Assembly: GCA_951406725.2 (NCBI GenBank)
Contig: OX597832.1
Location: 10,974,001 to 11,038,000, forward strand
DNA: 64,000 nucleotides
Direction: 5' to 3'
Origin: Octopus vulgaris
Lineage: Eukaryota
Under the pieces are notes generated by a model. That model made no database searches. It worked only from the letters and a program-made list of their open reading frames with translations, and was not told the origin of the DNA. The translations under genes and the position numbers were made by a program. Positions 1-15,510 of this stretch are shown one piece after another (position 1 is the stretch's first letter; each line of letters starts with the position of its first letter).

Positions 1-1172
1 CACACATATATATAGGGATGAGAGTGTTTACTTTTCGAAATGTTAAACGTTACTAACGCAAAGCAGTAACATTTGTAATTTGATTTTGAAAGCCATTCTT
101 GTGCAATAGTGTTATTAAGTTCTTCGAATTCTCATGGAAGCCTTCTTGATGAGATTTTCTGGTAAAAATCAAACAGCAGACAACTTGATTTTCTGTTGGA
201 AAAAGAGAATTACGTATTTAATTTCACTGATATTTTGTGTGCAAAACTTAGATACTATGGCAATTGTCGATTTAATATATCGAAGTCCAGAAAGCTATTT
301 TAGTCTATCGACATTATTGATTCTCAAGTAGAAATACTTTAGCTGAAATATGTTAATTTACATATCACCGATATGTTTAAAGTTATGATTTTACTGGCAA
401 GCAGTATTTGAAAGTGCATTGTTATTTTTTCTTAATATGCAGAAAACATTTTAGATATTACAAATAATAATTGAGACATATTTTTCTTATATTTTCCTTT
501 ATCATTATATCCAGAATATAAACCCAAGTGTAGGATAAAGCAAAGAAGTTATTTTGCATTATACTGCTTAATCTCCAGACACGTTTCTCCAGGAAATACA
601 ATTATTTCCGTGTGAGACACATGTGAATTTTATATAATTTATGATTTTAAAATAAATATACTTAAATTACCAAACCTATGTTATTCTATTCTCACATATA
701 CGGGTATATATAAATGTATATATTCCAAAAGGATTCTGTTTATGACATCCTCTAAGAACACAATCTTAAGATTAAATAAATTAGTATCCTCATAAGATTT
801 ACATTACAATTTATGCGAAATTAATATATCGGAAGCATTTTATGCAATACTTCTGAACATAATATCCGTATTACCTCAACAAAGGTAGTTGTAGAAGAAC
901 CAGTGGAAATACTAGGTATAGCTAATAAATATATTCAAAGCCGACAGTCAAACATGTTTCAAAACCTAAGCCCTTGGACATGTTTTCTCTTATGTGCGTA
1001 TCTTTAATGCCGCTCGAAAGATAACAACAACAAAAATACTTAGTATATAAATGCTAGCAATTATGTCAATTTCGACTCATTGAAAACTTCCCCAAACTAC
1101 TTTAAGACAGTTGCTTGTGCACACAAACTCACCTCCCCACACTCACACACATATGCATACATATAGGCACAA

Positions 1173-1174
<2 letters not shown>

Positions 1175-1211
<37 letters not shown>

Positions 1212-1434
1212 TATATGTATATATATATGTATATATATGTATGTGTGTGTGCATGTGTGTGTAGATGAATATATGTTTGTACACCTATTTTTCTATGTGT
1301 GTATATACGTGTGTATATATATATAATTGTATGTGTATATATATGTATATATGTATGTGTATATATATGTATATATGTATATATATATATGTATATATAT
1401 GTATATGTATATATATGTATATATATGTATATGT

Positions 1435-1468
<34 letters not shown>

Positions 1469-1476
1469 ATATGTAT
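1175..1476. repeat. Compound (CA)n/(TA)n/(TG)n/(TATG)n microsatellite
   Basis: Directly visible low-complexity dinucleotide mosaic. Confidence 0.95.
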
Positions 1477-3371
1477 AACGATGTTTTCTATGTCTTCACT
1501 ACTAATTTTCACATTCCCCAGTCACTTTTATGAATTGAGGAAAGAATGTAGTCGTCAATATTGAAGTTTCTTTTCCAATGTCTTTCCCTGTAGGAGGCTA
1601 CGTATCAATGCGACATCAGATTATGTGTAATAAATATTTGTTTATAGATTAACACTTGGCAATATAATCATTTCAATTTCTCTGCGAACAATAAATTACA
1701 CACGTTTTTGTATGCTTTAAATTTATCATTTATAATCATTAACATCAATACCTACATTGACTCTTATAATGCAGAATAATTTACTTTCTATATTATCACA
1801 TAAAGTAGAAAAAAATGTCTTCCGTGTTATAATTAATTTCAGGTACATTTCTGATATTGTGTAAATGTTCTGGCACATAATAGAAAACAAAACAAGGGAA
1901 AATACATCATTATATTTATTTTACCATTCAAGGTTATGTGTGCCATACTCACGAGACTCAACAGGAATGGAATGGATTTGATTCAATGAATATAACGTTT
2001 CCGTTTTATTACAATTACGCGTTTGCCTAAGCAAAAAAATCAATATTTCTCTCTTACGGCAATATTCATACTGTAAAATCATGTTCTTGGTAATTGTTGA
2101 ATTCCCAGTCGGAGATAATGTGTGTCACATTATTAAATGCCTTAGAATGGCCATTGTAGTAATGTATTCTGTAAATCTTCCGACTACTGAATGGCCTCGC
2201 TGTTAGCCAAAATGTATTGCTTTTTCTTTTTTGTTACTGGCGTTTCCCAAACGTGATATAAGGGAATACATTTATTCATGTATCGCATTATACTAGCTAA
2301 AGTCAATTTATTTGCGCAATCTTGACCAAAATGCAACACCGAATCGTATGGTATTGGCTGGCCAACTTGAATTTGGGAAATTCATAAAGTTCATGCCCAG
2401 CTTAAATGTCTGAAAATCAGCAAATTACACGATATCGCGATTGCAGGGGAAAACTGTAGCCTTTTTTTCTGGCTACATGCAACAATGAGTGAACACAGCC
2501 AAGGCACTACTTTGGTTATTTAGTTAAATCGCCATCACTTTTAATTGGGCATAGATATTATTGATGTCATTCCAATCATATCGATTATGTCAGTTTTTTG
2601 AGTGACCAGTCTTATGTGAAATTTTATGGACGGTGGCAGTGATACACAAATACAAATAGTTATGTTGATTCCGGTGTTGTTATTGCAGCTTTTGATTCGC
2701 TGCTGTAGTTCAGTTTATTTTAAATATTTACCATTTTACATATGATACTAAGAATCATGTCATTACCAAAAAACTTCCATCTTCCCATTTTGTTTCGATT
2801 AAAAATACACAGCTGTTATTTTGTATATTGTCTAGAAAATTAAGACAGGAAAACAACAGGTGAAATGATTCCAAACAAGTAATACAACCTTCGTTTGCTT
2901 TTCAATTTCAAATCGCATATTAATGTCAGTTGAGTCACTTTAAATTAAATGTCTAATATTAGTGACTCTGAAACCGAAAATAATAAGTTCGTAGATTTCC
3001 TTAAAATAATACCGAATTCAAGTAACTATTGTTGTTTATTTACATTTAATTTTTTTATTTTTGTGCTGGTGTGATCAACAAAGTATAAATGAAGCTTTTG
3101 ATAACGACGCCCACTTCAAATATAGCTAAATGTTTAAATTTTATGTATTGAGAGTACATAAATTGTCTTCCTTGAAATATAGGGAGTATTAAATTCCAAA
3201 CCTTTTAGGATACCTTAAACATGTAGTTTATTGGATATTATATACTATTGTGGACTAAATTATTGACGTATGTTACTAATATACAAGAGGAAAAATAATT
3301 TCAATATAAATCATGCATTTTGAGACTTCATATTTACATATTTACCAGCATTTCGTTTGTCTTTATATTCA

Positions 3372-3515
3372 GATTTCAAATTACGTCGTGGTTGACTTTG
3401 CGTTTCATCATACTGAAGTCAATAAAATAAGTACCAGTTGAGCATTGGGATCGATGTAATCGACTTACAACCGTACTCGAAAAATACTGGCCTTGTGCAA
3501 AAGTTTGATACCAAT
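3372..3515 (+). mobile_element. SINE family B fragment (body and tail)
   Basis: ttcaaattacgtcgtggttgactttgcgtttcatc...aaataagtaccagttgagcattgggatcgatgtaatcgactta...ggccttgtgc aligns to the copy at 31223-31420. Confidence 0.75.
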
Positions 3516-4440
3516 ATAGATACAGAAGAGTTTGCGCTTCATCATTTTGGAGTCGATCCAAGTTTGTACAATAAACAATCATTCTTTGATGAAAATGAAA
3601 ACGTGTATCTACTCCAAAACTCAGGAAAAAAACATTCAGACTTAAATGGGTTACCTCGGAAATACAATGCACATTATATACAAAAAAGGAATTCAGACAA
3701 AATGAATTACAACAATCCTTAAACGGCTCTTTATCATTTCATTTCCAATTATATCATGGTCGATGTTATCTTATAAATTTCTGGCTGTGTTGTTAATACA
3801 ATATCTTATTCTGTAAAGCAAAATATCTCTCATCATCCAAGGCTAAACTTTCGAACCTCCATATCTGCAAGTTAGTTTTGGATAAGTATAATTATGAGAG
3901 AAGTACAGGGAGAAAGAGAGAGAGAAAGAGAAAAGAGGGAATTGGGATAACACAAAATATGTCAAAAGGATAATATATAACTTCTAACCTCCATATATAT
4001 ATATATATTTATGCATGTATGTATATATGTATATATATGCATATATGCTTGTGTATATGAATATATGTGTATATGTGTGTATATATATATATATACCTTC
4101 AATATAACATATATATATATATATATATATACATATATCTATATCTACTTATATATATATATATATATGTGTGTGTGTATGGATATGTATGTATGTATAT
4201 ATGTAGGTGTATATATATAAAGTGAAAGATGAGCAGAGAAAGAGATAGAGAGAGTAAAAGAAAGAGAAAGACAGGCAGTAATTGATATAGATATACATAT
4301 CCTTACGTATATATTTGTATTTGCCTAAATATGTTTTAAAATACGTGTATAAAAGGACAGATTGAGAAGGATAACGAGAGAGAGCGTGTTTGCCATTTCA
4401 AGTAATAGCGTACAAACATCGTGCAGATTGTTTGATATTT

Positions 4441-4532
4441 TCCATATTTTTTCTTGTAGGTAAGTGTATCTTTAATTCTTTGGACTTGTTACTGGATTGT
4501 ACCATTCCGAATGAGCTGAAGGAAAGGTAGGT
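4441..4532 (+). promoter_or_regulatory. Candidate recursive splice site (AG|GTAAGT) with a 67-nt cryptic exon
   Basis: Pyrimidine tract tccatattttttcttgtag (AG ends 4459) directly followed by the consensus donor gtaagt (4460-4465); second donor aag|gtaggt at 4526/4527. Confidence 0.35.
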
Positions 4533-4596
4533 CAATTCTTACTAATATACACTACACTCATTCTCCAATAAAACATATATTTCATATTATAAATAC

Positions 4597-6958
<2,362 letters not shown>

Positions 6959-7117
6959 TCATCATCATCACGTGACCGACCAGTCCATCAGATGCAGTTA
7001 CATATCGTGGTCACAATGCGTTCGCATTGTTTTCGCCTTCGAATGACGCCAACCCGCTGGCTAAGCGAGCAGGCCAACAGAAGAAAGAGTGGTGAAAGAG
7101 TACATAGGGATCACCAC
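6959..7117 (-). mobile_element. SINE family C 3' fragment embedded in (TA)n
   Basis: Reverse complement gtggtgatccctatgtactctttcaccactctttcttctgttggcc...ggtcacgtgatgatgatg shares the gtggtga...tcaccac module with 12871-12903. Confidence 0.7.
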
Positions 7118-7453
7118 TATATATATATATATATATTATATATATATATATATACATATATATAAGTATATATACATATATATATAAGTATATATACATA
7201 TATATAGAAGTATATATACATATATATATCTACGTATATATACATATATATATATACGTATATACATATGTATATATACATATATATATACGTATATACA
7301 TATGTATATATATGCATATATACATATATAAACGTATATACATATGTATATATATGTATATATACATATATATACGTAAATACATATGTATATATACGTA
7401 TATATATATATATATATATATACGTATACATATATATATATACGTATATACAT

Positions 7454-7484
<31 letters not shown>

Positions 7485-7494
7485 ACGTATATAC

Positions 7495-7530
<36 letters not shown>

Positions 7531-7588
7531 TATATATATATATATATATATACGTATATACATAAATATATATATATATATATACATA

Positions 7589-7625
<37 letters not shown>

Positions 7626-7677
7626 AATATATATATATATGCTATATGCATATGTACCTGTAGGTATATATATTTGC

Positions 7678-7722
<45 letters not shown>
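7118..7722. repeat. Degenerate (TA)n microsatellite with tacg/taca variants
   Basis: Directly visible. Confidence 0.95.
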
Positions 7723-7724
<2 letters not shown>

Positions 7725-8399
7725 ACTATTTATGAGTATGAGCGCATGAGGATAAATACTATATAATTACAATTATATTGAATTGAAATAAATCCTTTGC
7801 AGATGTAGTTTGAACAACATGAACACAAGACTACTAACATATCTATATGTTATATACAACAGTCTACCTGTTTTGTTTACATATAAATTGAACATTTATC
7901 TTTCAACCATCTGTTTTACTATTTATCCTCTTTTAGTCATTGTGGCATATAATGAACAGATAAAAGAATTAACGCATTTCTAGTAGATTTATTCAACGTC
8001 GATTGCAGATCCGTTTCAATTTTGACCATTCTAATTTTTTTAATCTACTTTCGTTTAAAAATTGGCATTACGCTTCTAAAAGTCGTTTATTCAATAGTTT
8101 GAATTGTAGAAAAAGCAAAAAACCAGAATTGTTTGCATTTCTGCATTTCTTTCTGTCTCCCCCTCTCTCTCACTCTCTTATATATCTTATATATCTATAT
8201 ATGTATATATATATATAAAGAGAGAGAGAGCAATATGAACATGAGAGGACCAATAATCCATAGGTGCTTCATTAAATTTTAGACGTAATATTATGTCAGT
8301 TTATTTATCTACTTACTAAAATGAAAATAAATTTTTAAAATGACTTGTGTATTAATAATGGGGTAATACTTGGTTGGATTCACAACCTCTAACTTTCTT

Positions 8400-8449
<50 letters not shown>

Positions 8450-8649
8450 CTATTATTAAATAGGGTATCTACGAGATACTACCATGCTGAAAATAGCAGC
8501 CATGATCAGACTCTAAAGCCACCTTAATTGTCCATCTAGTAACACGGAGAGAAGACAAATAGACAAGATAAAACCAGGTAAAAATTACTAGATAATTTAA
8601 TTTAATTTATATATGTGTGTATATATATATAACTTAAGTAGCATAAATA

Positions 8650-8690
<41 letters not shown>

Positions 8691-8694
<4 letters not shown>

Positions 8695-9134
8695 GGTACT
8701 TAAGTTAAAGGCACCAGAATGTGGTATTGTATTATCCATATAAATCAAATGGTCTGATTATAATCAAAATAAGGATATCCAAAGGTAGGATAGTACAATC
8801 GTTTCATGCTACTTCATTTAATTAAACAATGTAAGCATTACATCATTATTATACTTATTCCATTTGCCAATATTACAAAGAGAGTACGTATATAGGCAGA
8901 GAGGGGAATTTCATCAATAAAATCATGGTAGTAGAAGACCTTAGCTCATGGGCAATATTAGTAAATGGAATAAGTATAATAATGAACATTGTTAATTAAA
9001 TTTTTTAAAATTACATATGTGGCTGAAGAGTGCTCTACATTTTAAAACTGACGTAATACTTACATTGTTTAATTAAATGAAGTAGCATGAAACGATTGTA
9101 CTACACTACCTTTGGATATCCTTGCTGCTTATTT

Positions 9135-9140
<6 letters not shown>
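8691..9140. mobile_element. Fold-back non-autonomous element between (TA)n tracts, probably Penelope-like pLTR-derived
   Basis: Inverted arms 8771-8845 / 9049-9123, inner inverted pair ~8844-8874 / 8954-8984, hammerhead motif at 9018-9105; same family as 50801-51220. Confidence 0.7.
9018..9105 (+). ncRNA. Type I hammerhead ribozyme motif (canonical core)
   Basis: UGUGG-CUGAAGA-GUGCU...AGCAU-GAAA-CGAUUG-UA^CUACA; stems I, II and III all pair; predicted cleavage after 9100. Confidence 0.7.
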
Positions 9141-9170
<30 letters not shown>

Positions 9171-10119
9171 TTCTATATAATTTCATGCGTAAATCTAAAC
9201 GTACTTGAAGAAGAATGCACACATTCACATAAACAAGCGGTTATCTGATTTCACGTGTAGATACGTCGTAATATTCAGTCACATATGTAGGCGCATCCAT
9301 ATACATTAACAGCAGAATGGGAGGGAAACAATTACAAGATCATGATACCCAAGACGACTAGTAATATAGATTCATTTATACCTATTTCGGTAGGAGCAGA
9401 AAAGTACACGAAAAAGAAATACATGTAGAGAGATAGACAGGCAGACTGATAGACAGACAAGGACATAAACAATCCTTGCTCTATCTTTTCATTCTAATTT
9501 AATATATCTATGGTTTTCATTTACTTCAAATGACAGGCTTTTTATTGCAATATTTCTCTAGAGTTGAAATCGATTTTTCTGGAATCCCTCCCATGTAAAA
9601 ATGCCTGGTAATTATAAGATTAATATAGTCTTTTATATAATATTAACTCCAATGGATATTGTCAAGAATCTGAATTTTCAAATATGTTTAGCAGTTACGA
9701 AACGATTAACTGTTATTAGATATTATTTATTAGGTTTAAATCTTTCATATTTAATAATAAAATCAAAATTACTCATCTCGTATTTATGCACTAATGTTTA
9801 TCTACAAACACTAATATTATTATTTATTGTCATTTTAATTCAAAAGATGATTTTGCTTACCCTCCAGCCTACGTTACTTCATTTCACTATTCTTGTGTTT
9901 GCCTGCACACATACACACACACACATATGCATGCGCGTGCACACCCACATACACACATGCGCGCACACACACTTACACACACATACACCTACGTGGGTGT
10001 ATGTGTAGAAGGAAAAAGAACGCGAACAATTGAATTGTTAGATTAATAGAAATATATATATATGCATCTTCTCTCGCACTTTTTCTTACTATATCTATCT
10101 ATCTATCTAACTCACTCTT

Positions 10120-10174
<55 letters not shown>
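10120..10174. repeat. (CT)n microsatellite
   Basis: Directly visible. Confidence 0.95.
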
Positions 10175-10178
<4 letters not shown>

Positions 10179-11871
10179 CACACACACAAACGCACGCATA
10201 GTATGAGGTGGCGCATATTTTCGCTGTAAATCTGTAATTAAATATTTTATATCGGACATTTTATGCAGCAAATATTAACGCCAGAACCAATTAAATTATG
10301 ATTTAACATGATTAAATAGTTTTAATGCCATCACAATATTATATTTGCAAAATTTTGTTCTATTGTTTACTTTTATAATAATTATTATATTTCTGGTATT
10401 TGTGTATTCATTTCTTTCGTTGCACAAACGAGAATAGCTCACTCTTTCTTGGGTATGCATAACGCTTTGTTTTATGTTTCTTTTGAATTAAAATTATTCT
10501 GTATGATGTGCTTTATGGTGCCAGTTCTGTACGTTGATTACAACAAAAGAGCCTCTGCACAGTCGTTTAACCTGCAATAATTAATATTCAAATCTCCCTC
10601 AGATCTTTATCTACACTTTTCAAAAGAGGGTAAATTAGTCAGTGCAGTCTCTGATACGAAAAATAACGAGAAGTTCATGCCTTCTTGAACGCTTTTCCAC
10701 AAGAATAATGGATTCAACTTTATTCTATTGCAGTTCTGATTACTATTATACTAATGAAATAATTACGTTCGGTAAATAATTACGACAATAAAATGAAAGA
10801 GATTATACAACATCAGATGGAAAACTTCAGATATTCGCTCACGGTGTTTCTGTAGTGAGTTCAAATCTGACTGAGAAGATATGTTACTTTATTCTTTTCA
10901 AGGATAAATAGATTAATTGTTTATTTAGAACTATAGCTGGTTCTTCTGTATTTGACGTTTAAAAAGAAATAGGTAGTAGCTAAGCTTTGAAAGCGATGGA
11001 CACCAATGATGTTATATGCGCAAGATATGCTGGACCGCATGTCGCTGCTCTATGGAAATATAATTATTCAAGGCCTGAAAATAGTTAATAATAGCATTGT
11101 GGAGATTTTCGCGAGTTTTAAAAGTAGCAATATCCTAGCAAACATGTAGAATAGTGTTTATATCACTTGATATATAGTGTAAACATATAGGAGACAAAGA
11201 TACCGTTTTTCTTTCACTTGCAGACGACAAGCTTAACTGTAATATTCTCGGTTATAGTAAAGCAGATATACATTTAATCTACGTTACGTGGTTCAAATTG
11301 CAAACGAAAGATCTCAAGTTTTCGCTAAAACTGTTAGATATAACAATTTTATTAACTTCCTGTGGCTCTCAACTGCACTGATTGGGATGGGATACATTCA
11401 ATAATGCATTTCCCCATGTGATATGCTCGGAGCATGAACGAAATTATCACGACTGGAACACTTTTGATCATACGTCCATTCTGTGAACGCTAACCTAGAC
11501 ACGGACACAATCAACAACAGCAATAACAAATATGAAGTAATATATCATATGAAAATCAATTTTGTGTTAATTACATTAGATTCTACATATATAAATTTAT
11601 ATATAAAGGACGTTGTATGTGGTAAGAAATCTCAGATTCTTATTAATGGATATAAAGAAATATTTTGACAAGAAAGTTCGAACAAAAACATTCTCCATAA
11701 CATAAATAATATTGCGTGTATATGTCAATGTAGATGCCTGATTGATGAATAGAAGGTATACTCCAAATTCTAAAAGGAAACGTAACGAAAAAAAGACAGA
11801 AAAATCAACAATGCTGTGTTTATATCGGTTGAAACCATTTTTCTGTGTTCTGTATGTGTAAGAATCTAATA

Positions 11872-11938
11872 AATACTATATATTTCTTCGCTAGATGTCA
11901 TGAATACTATATATTTCTTGGTTAGATGTCATGAATAC
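11872..11938. repeat. 31-bp tandem duplication (aatactatatatttcttcgctagatgtcatg x2)
   Basis: Two adjacent copies, 2 mismatches. Confidence 0.85.
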
Positions 11939-12793
11939 ACTTATTTTGAATAGATTTTCTGATAGTTGCGTTGGACTTGCCCAGATAAACATTTTTCTCT
12001 TATTCGATTATTGCCTTAGAATCCCAAGCAACATTCCGGCTGAATTCTCCTCGCTTGGGACTCACGGCGTTATATAAAATCATTTTCTCTCTACTCATAT
12101 ATATGCATATACTTTATGCACAAACGCATATATGAATCTTGACGCATGGGTATATTTCTCTGTAAATTTGTCTATATTTGTTCATATTGTGTTACCGTTT
12201 TTATTTATGTACGTATGAATTTCTGTTTATGAAGATCGGTGCATGCATGTGAATTTAATTACTAATCGAATTCAAGAGAAGGCGATTATCCAGCATTTGA
12301 TGATTTATATTCAGTGCTAAAATTATATGAATCCGTATACACTAGCTCAGTAAATATATGATGCTTCTGTTTTTCAACTATCTATTTAAGTATCTGAGCA
12401 GATTCATTTATAAGTGTTCAAGTTGAGGCCATCCCCTCGCAGTTTTCGCTCAGATATAATATACTTATTTCATTCTTACGCATTAAAGAGACATTTGATG
12501 GTGATATAGCTGTCATTCTTTGATGGCAAAATTAACTTGCACATCCTCTGTTCTTGATAAAGCATCTGCATTATAAAAACGAACGATTCTTTTAGAATGA
12601 GAATTCTTCAGGCCGGCAAATGTTCTCAAATCGTTTGCTTATCATTTCTCGTAAGTGCGGTTTCATAAACGACGACTGAGTTAGGATGCTCATTATGCAC
12701 ACTACTATTATACAAATACACACACACCGACATATATATGTATAAACTATATAAAATATATACATATAATATATATATGTGTGTGTGTGTGCA

Positions 12794-12980
12794 GGCGCAA
12801 CGGTCCAGTGGTTAAGGCATCGGACACGCGGTGTTTTTTGAGTGAAAACACCTAAAAGCTCCGGCAGTGGGTGGTGATGACCCTTGTTGTACTTTTTCAC
12901 CACAACTTTTTCTTTCTGTTTCTTGAGTAACGCTGCGATGGACTGGCGTCCAATCCAGGTGGTGGGAACACACACGCCAC
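12794..12980 (+). mobile_element. SINE family C, internally deleted; tRNA-like head and V-domain-like segment
   Basis: Head ggcgcaacggtccagtggttaaggcatcggac (A-box-like); ctgcgatggactggcgtccaatccagg resembles the V-SINE domain. Confidence 0.65.
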
Positions 12981-13025
12981 AATATATGTGACCCATTAGC
13001 AATTACAAACTATCAGCAAATTAAT

Positions 13026-13508
13026 AAACACGGTCAAGAATATAAGGCATAAAATTAACAATTTCGTATGACAACGAAATATTTCATTAGCTGTAGCATT
13101 CTCAGATCAAGCGGTGGCAAGTACATTCAAATGAAAAGTGCAATACATATTTAAGACACCCTAGTCAAACAATAAACTACTCTTTAGACATAATGTGGAA
13201 ACATAGTTATTTCTTTACTACCTACAAGGGGCTAAGCATAGAGAGGACAAACAAGGACAGACAAACGGATTAAGACGGTTATATCGACCCCCAGTGCGTA
13301 ACTGGTACTTAATTTATCGACCGCGAAAGGATGAAAGATAAAGTCGACCTCGGCCGATTTTGAACTCAGAACGTGATGCCAGACGAAATACGGCTACGCT
13401 TTTCGCCCGGCGTGCTAACGTTTCTGCCAGCTCGCCGCATTTATAATGCAGAAACATAGTGACACTCCTTCATAACACTAGCTAGCAGACACATCCCAAA
13501 AGAATATG
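13026..13508 (+). repeat. Left arm of a 483-bp inverted repeat
   Basis: Reverse complement of 15028-15510; only one mismatch seen by eye. Confidence 0.95.
13208..13438 (-). mobile_element. SINE family B, full length, with ~17-bp TSD
   Basis: Head gcggcgagctggcagaaacgttagcacgccgggcg, B-box-like gagttcaaaatc; flanks taatgtggaaacatagt / taatgcagaaacatagt. Confidence 0.9.
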
Positions 13509-13905
13509 TATCAGCATTCCTAGTAATAGGAGTCAAAACAACTCGAATAGCCACACAAAACACTAACCGTATGAGTTCGCGAAAGGCGACGCAGACGGCA
13601 AAAAACACTTTTCGGTGGTGAGATATAATCTCAGAATGAAGTAAACGGATACATCCAGGTCAATAATCTGAAACTCACACACACACACATATATATACAT
13701 ATATATATATTTCGCTTTTGGCTTTGGTTTTCAAGATTCTTTGTGAGTTCGTGTGTTGAAGCATATTCTGTTGTGTTCTGGGGAAAGTCGTTCTCTTTTG
13801 GTGCCTTATAATTTCATATACCCACCGGTAAAATTTACAGAAATATATAAAAGAAATAAGTGGAAATTTTACTGGTGAGTGTGTTAAATAAATAAATAAA
13901 TAAAA

Positions 13906-13950
<45 letters not shown>

Positions 13951-14390
13951 ACACACATGTTATTGAAATGGATGTTTTGAACTTCACGAAAACCGTTTCC
14001 TATTTCACGATTTCAGAGAAGAAATCTTCCAGTTCGTATTTAGTGGTATGCTTATACTTCGTCGCCATTGTATATTCAAATATTTGTAAATTGGTTTGTG
14101 CCTTGCGTATGCTGGTTGACTGTGATATTTTCTGACCTCTTTCAGTTACAATTTGACAAGTTTTTAAAATAAATTTTGTCATCCTTTTATTTAGTAAATT
14201 TTCCGAAATTGTCCTTACTTCATAGTACTGCGTTTGCAAAGATGATGTTTACTTATGAATGACACTATATATCTAAGTGATTTGAACGTCATCCTAACCG
14301 AAGGGTGTGATCATTGGTTTAATTTCGCCTGCCTGGTGGCTATGGTTAGAGTATTTGAGATACATATGTGTTTGTGCGAGTATACATACA

Positions 14391-14447
<57 letters not shown>

Positions 14448-15027
14448 GATTACTGGAGTATTATAATATTGCAGGATAAATACGTATTAAAACAAAGACT
14501 GTAATATATTTGGTTTTTAAATCTATACCCGAAGATTTACAGTTGGGGATTGTCCATACGCTTATACATGTTTATATAGATATATATTTTCTTATTATGA
14601 ATTTATTATACCCATATTATTAATATTAACTGCACAATTAGATTGCATGTGGTGTATGAATTTTTATGCTTCCAGGTCTGTATGTATGAGTGCATGTGGA
14701 TATTTTCTGCTTTATGGCCATTTATTGGAAGAGGATTTTCTTTTAGTCTCTGCTGCGTGATATGCTTTCATTCATTTTGTTCAAAATGCCTTTGCGTGTT
14801 TATTGTATTTGATAATGATATTTTACTCTGGTGCATTGATTTATGTGCCATACTGTGCAGTGTATTATTTCCCGCCCATGATTGCAATTGTGTTTTCATA
14901 TAATTCCTATGCATATTCAGATAGAGACGTCACTTTTGTTTTGGATATGTTACTTGTTCTCTGCGTTATGTGTCGTATGTGCAAACTCAAAAATCTATCA
15001 TTGTAGTTATTGTCGAATACTTTCTCT

Positions 15028-15510
15028 CATATTCTTTTGGGATGTGTCTGCTAGCTAGTGTTATGAAGGAGTGTCACTATGTTTCTGCATTATAAATGCG
15101 GCGAGCTGGCAGAAACGTTAGCACGCCGGGCGAAAAGCGTAGCCGTATTTCGTCTGGCATCACGTTCTGAGTTCAAAATCGGCCGAGGTCGACTTTATCT
15201 TTCATCCTTTCGCGGTCGATAAATTAAGTACCAGTTACGCACTGGGGGTCGATATAACCGTCTTAATCCGTTTGTCTGTCCTTGTTTGTCCTCTCTATGC
15301 TTAGCCCCTTGTAGGTAGTAAAGAAGTAACTATGTTTCCACATTATGTCTAAAGAGTAGTTTATTGTTTGACTAGGGTGTCTTAAATATGTATTGCACTT
15401 TTCATTTGAATGTACTTGCCACCGCTTGATCTGAGAATGCTACAGCTAATGAAATATTTCGTTGTCATACGAAATTGTTAATTTTATGCCTTATATTCTT
15501 GACCGTGTTT
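15028..15510 (-). repeat. Right arm of the 483-bp inverted repeat
   Basis: Reverse complement of 13026-13508. Confidence 0.95.
15098..15328 (+). mobile_element. SINE family B, full length (duplicated within the inverted repeat)
   Basis: gcggcgagctggcagaaacgttagc...gtaggtagtaaagaagta. Confidence 0.9.

Noticed and set aside
1900-2700. Possible decayed coding sequence (LRNLDQ, HIISDWEF)
   Set aside because: Isolated short motifs, many stops, no consistent family.
13985-14025. Minus-strand CTGAAAT...GAAAC hammerhead-like text
   Set aside because: Core and stems too degenerate to call.
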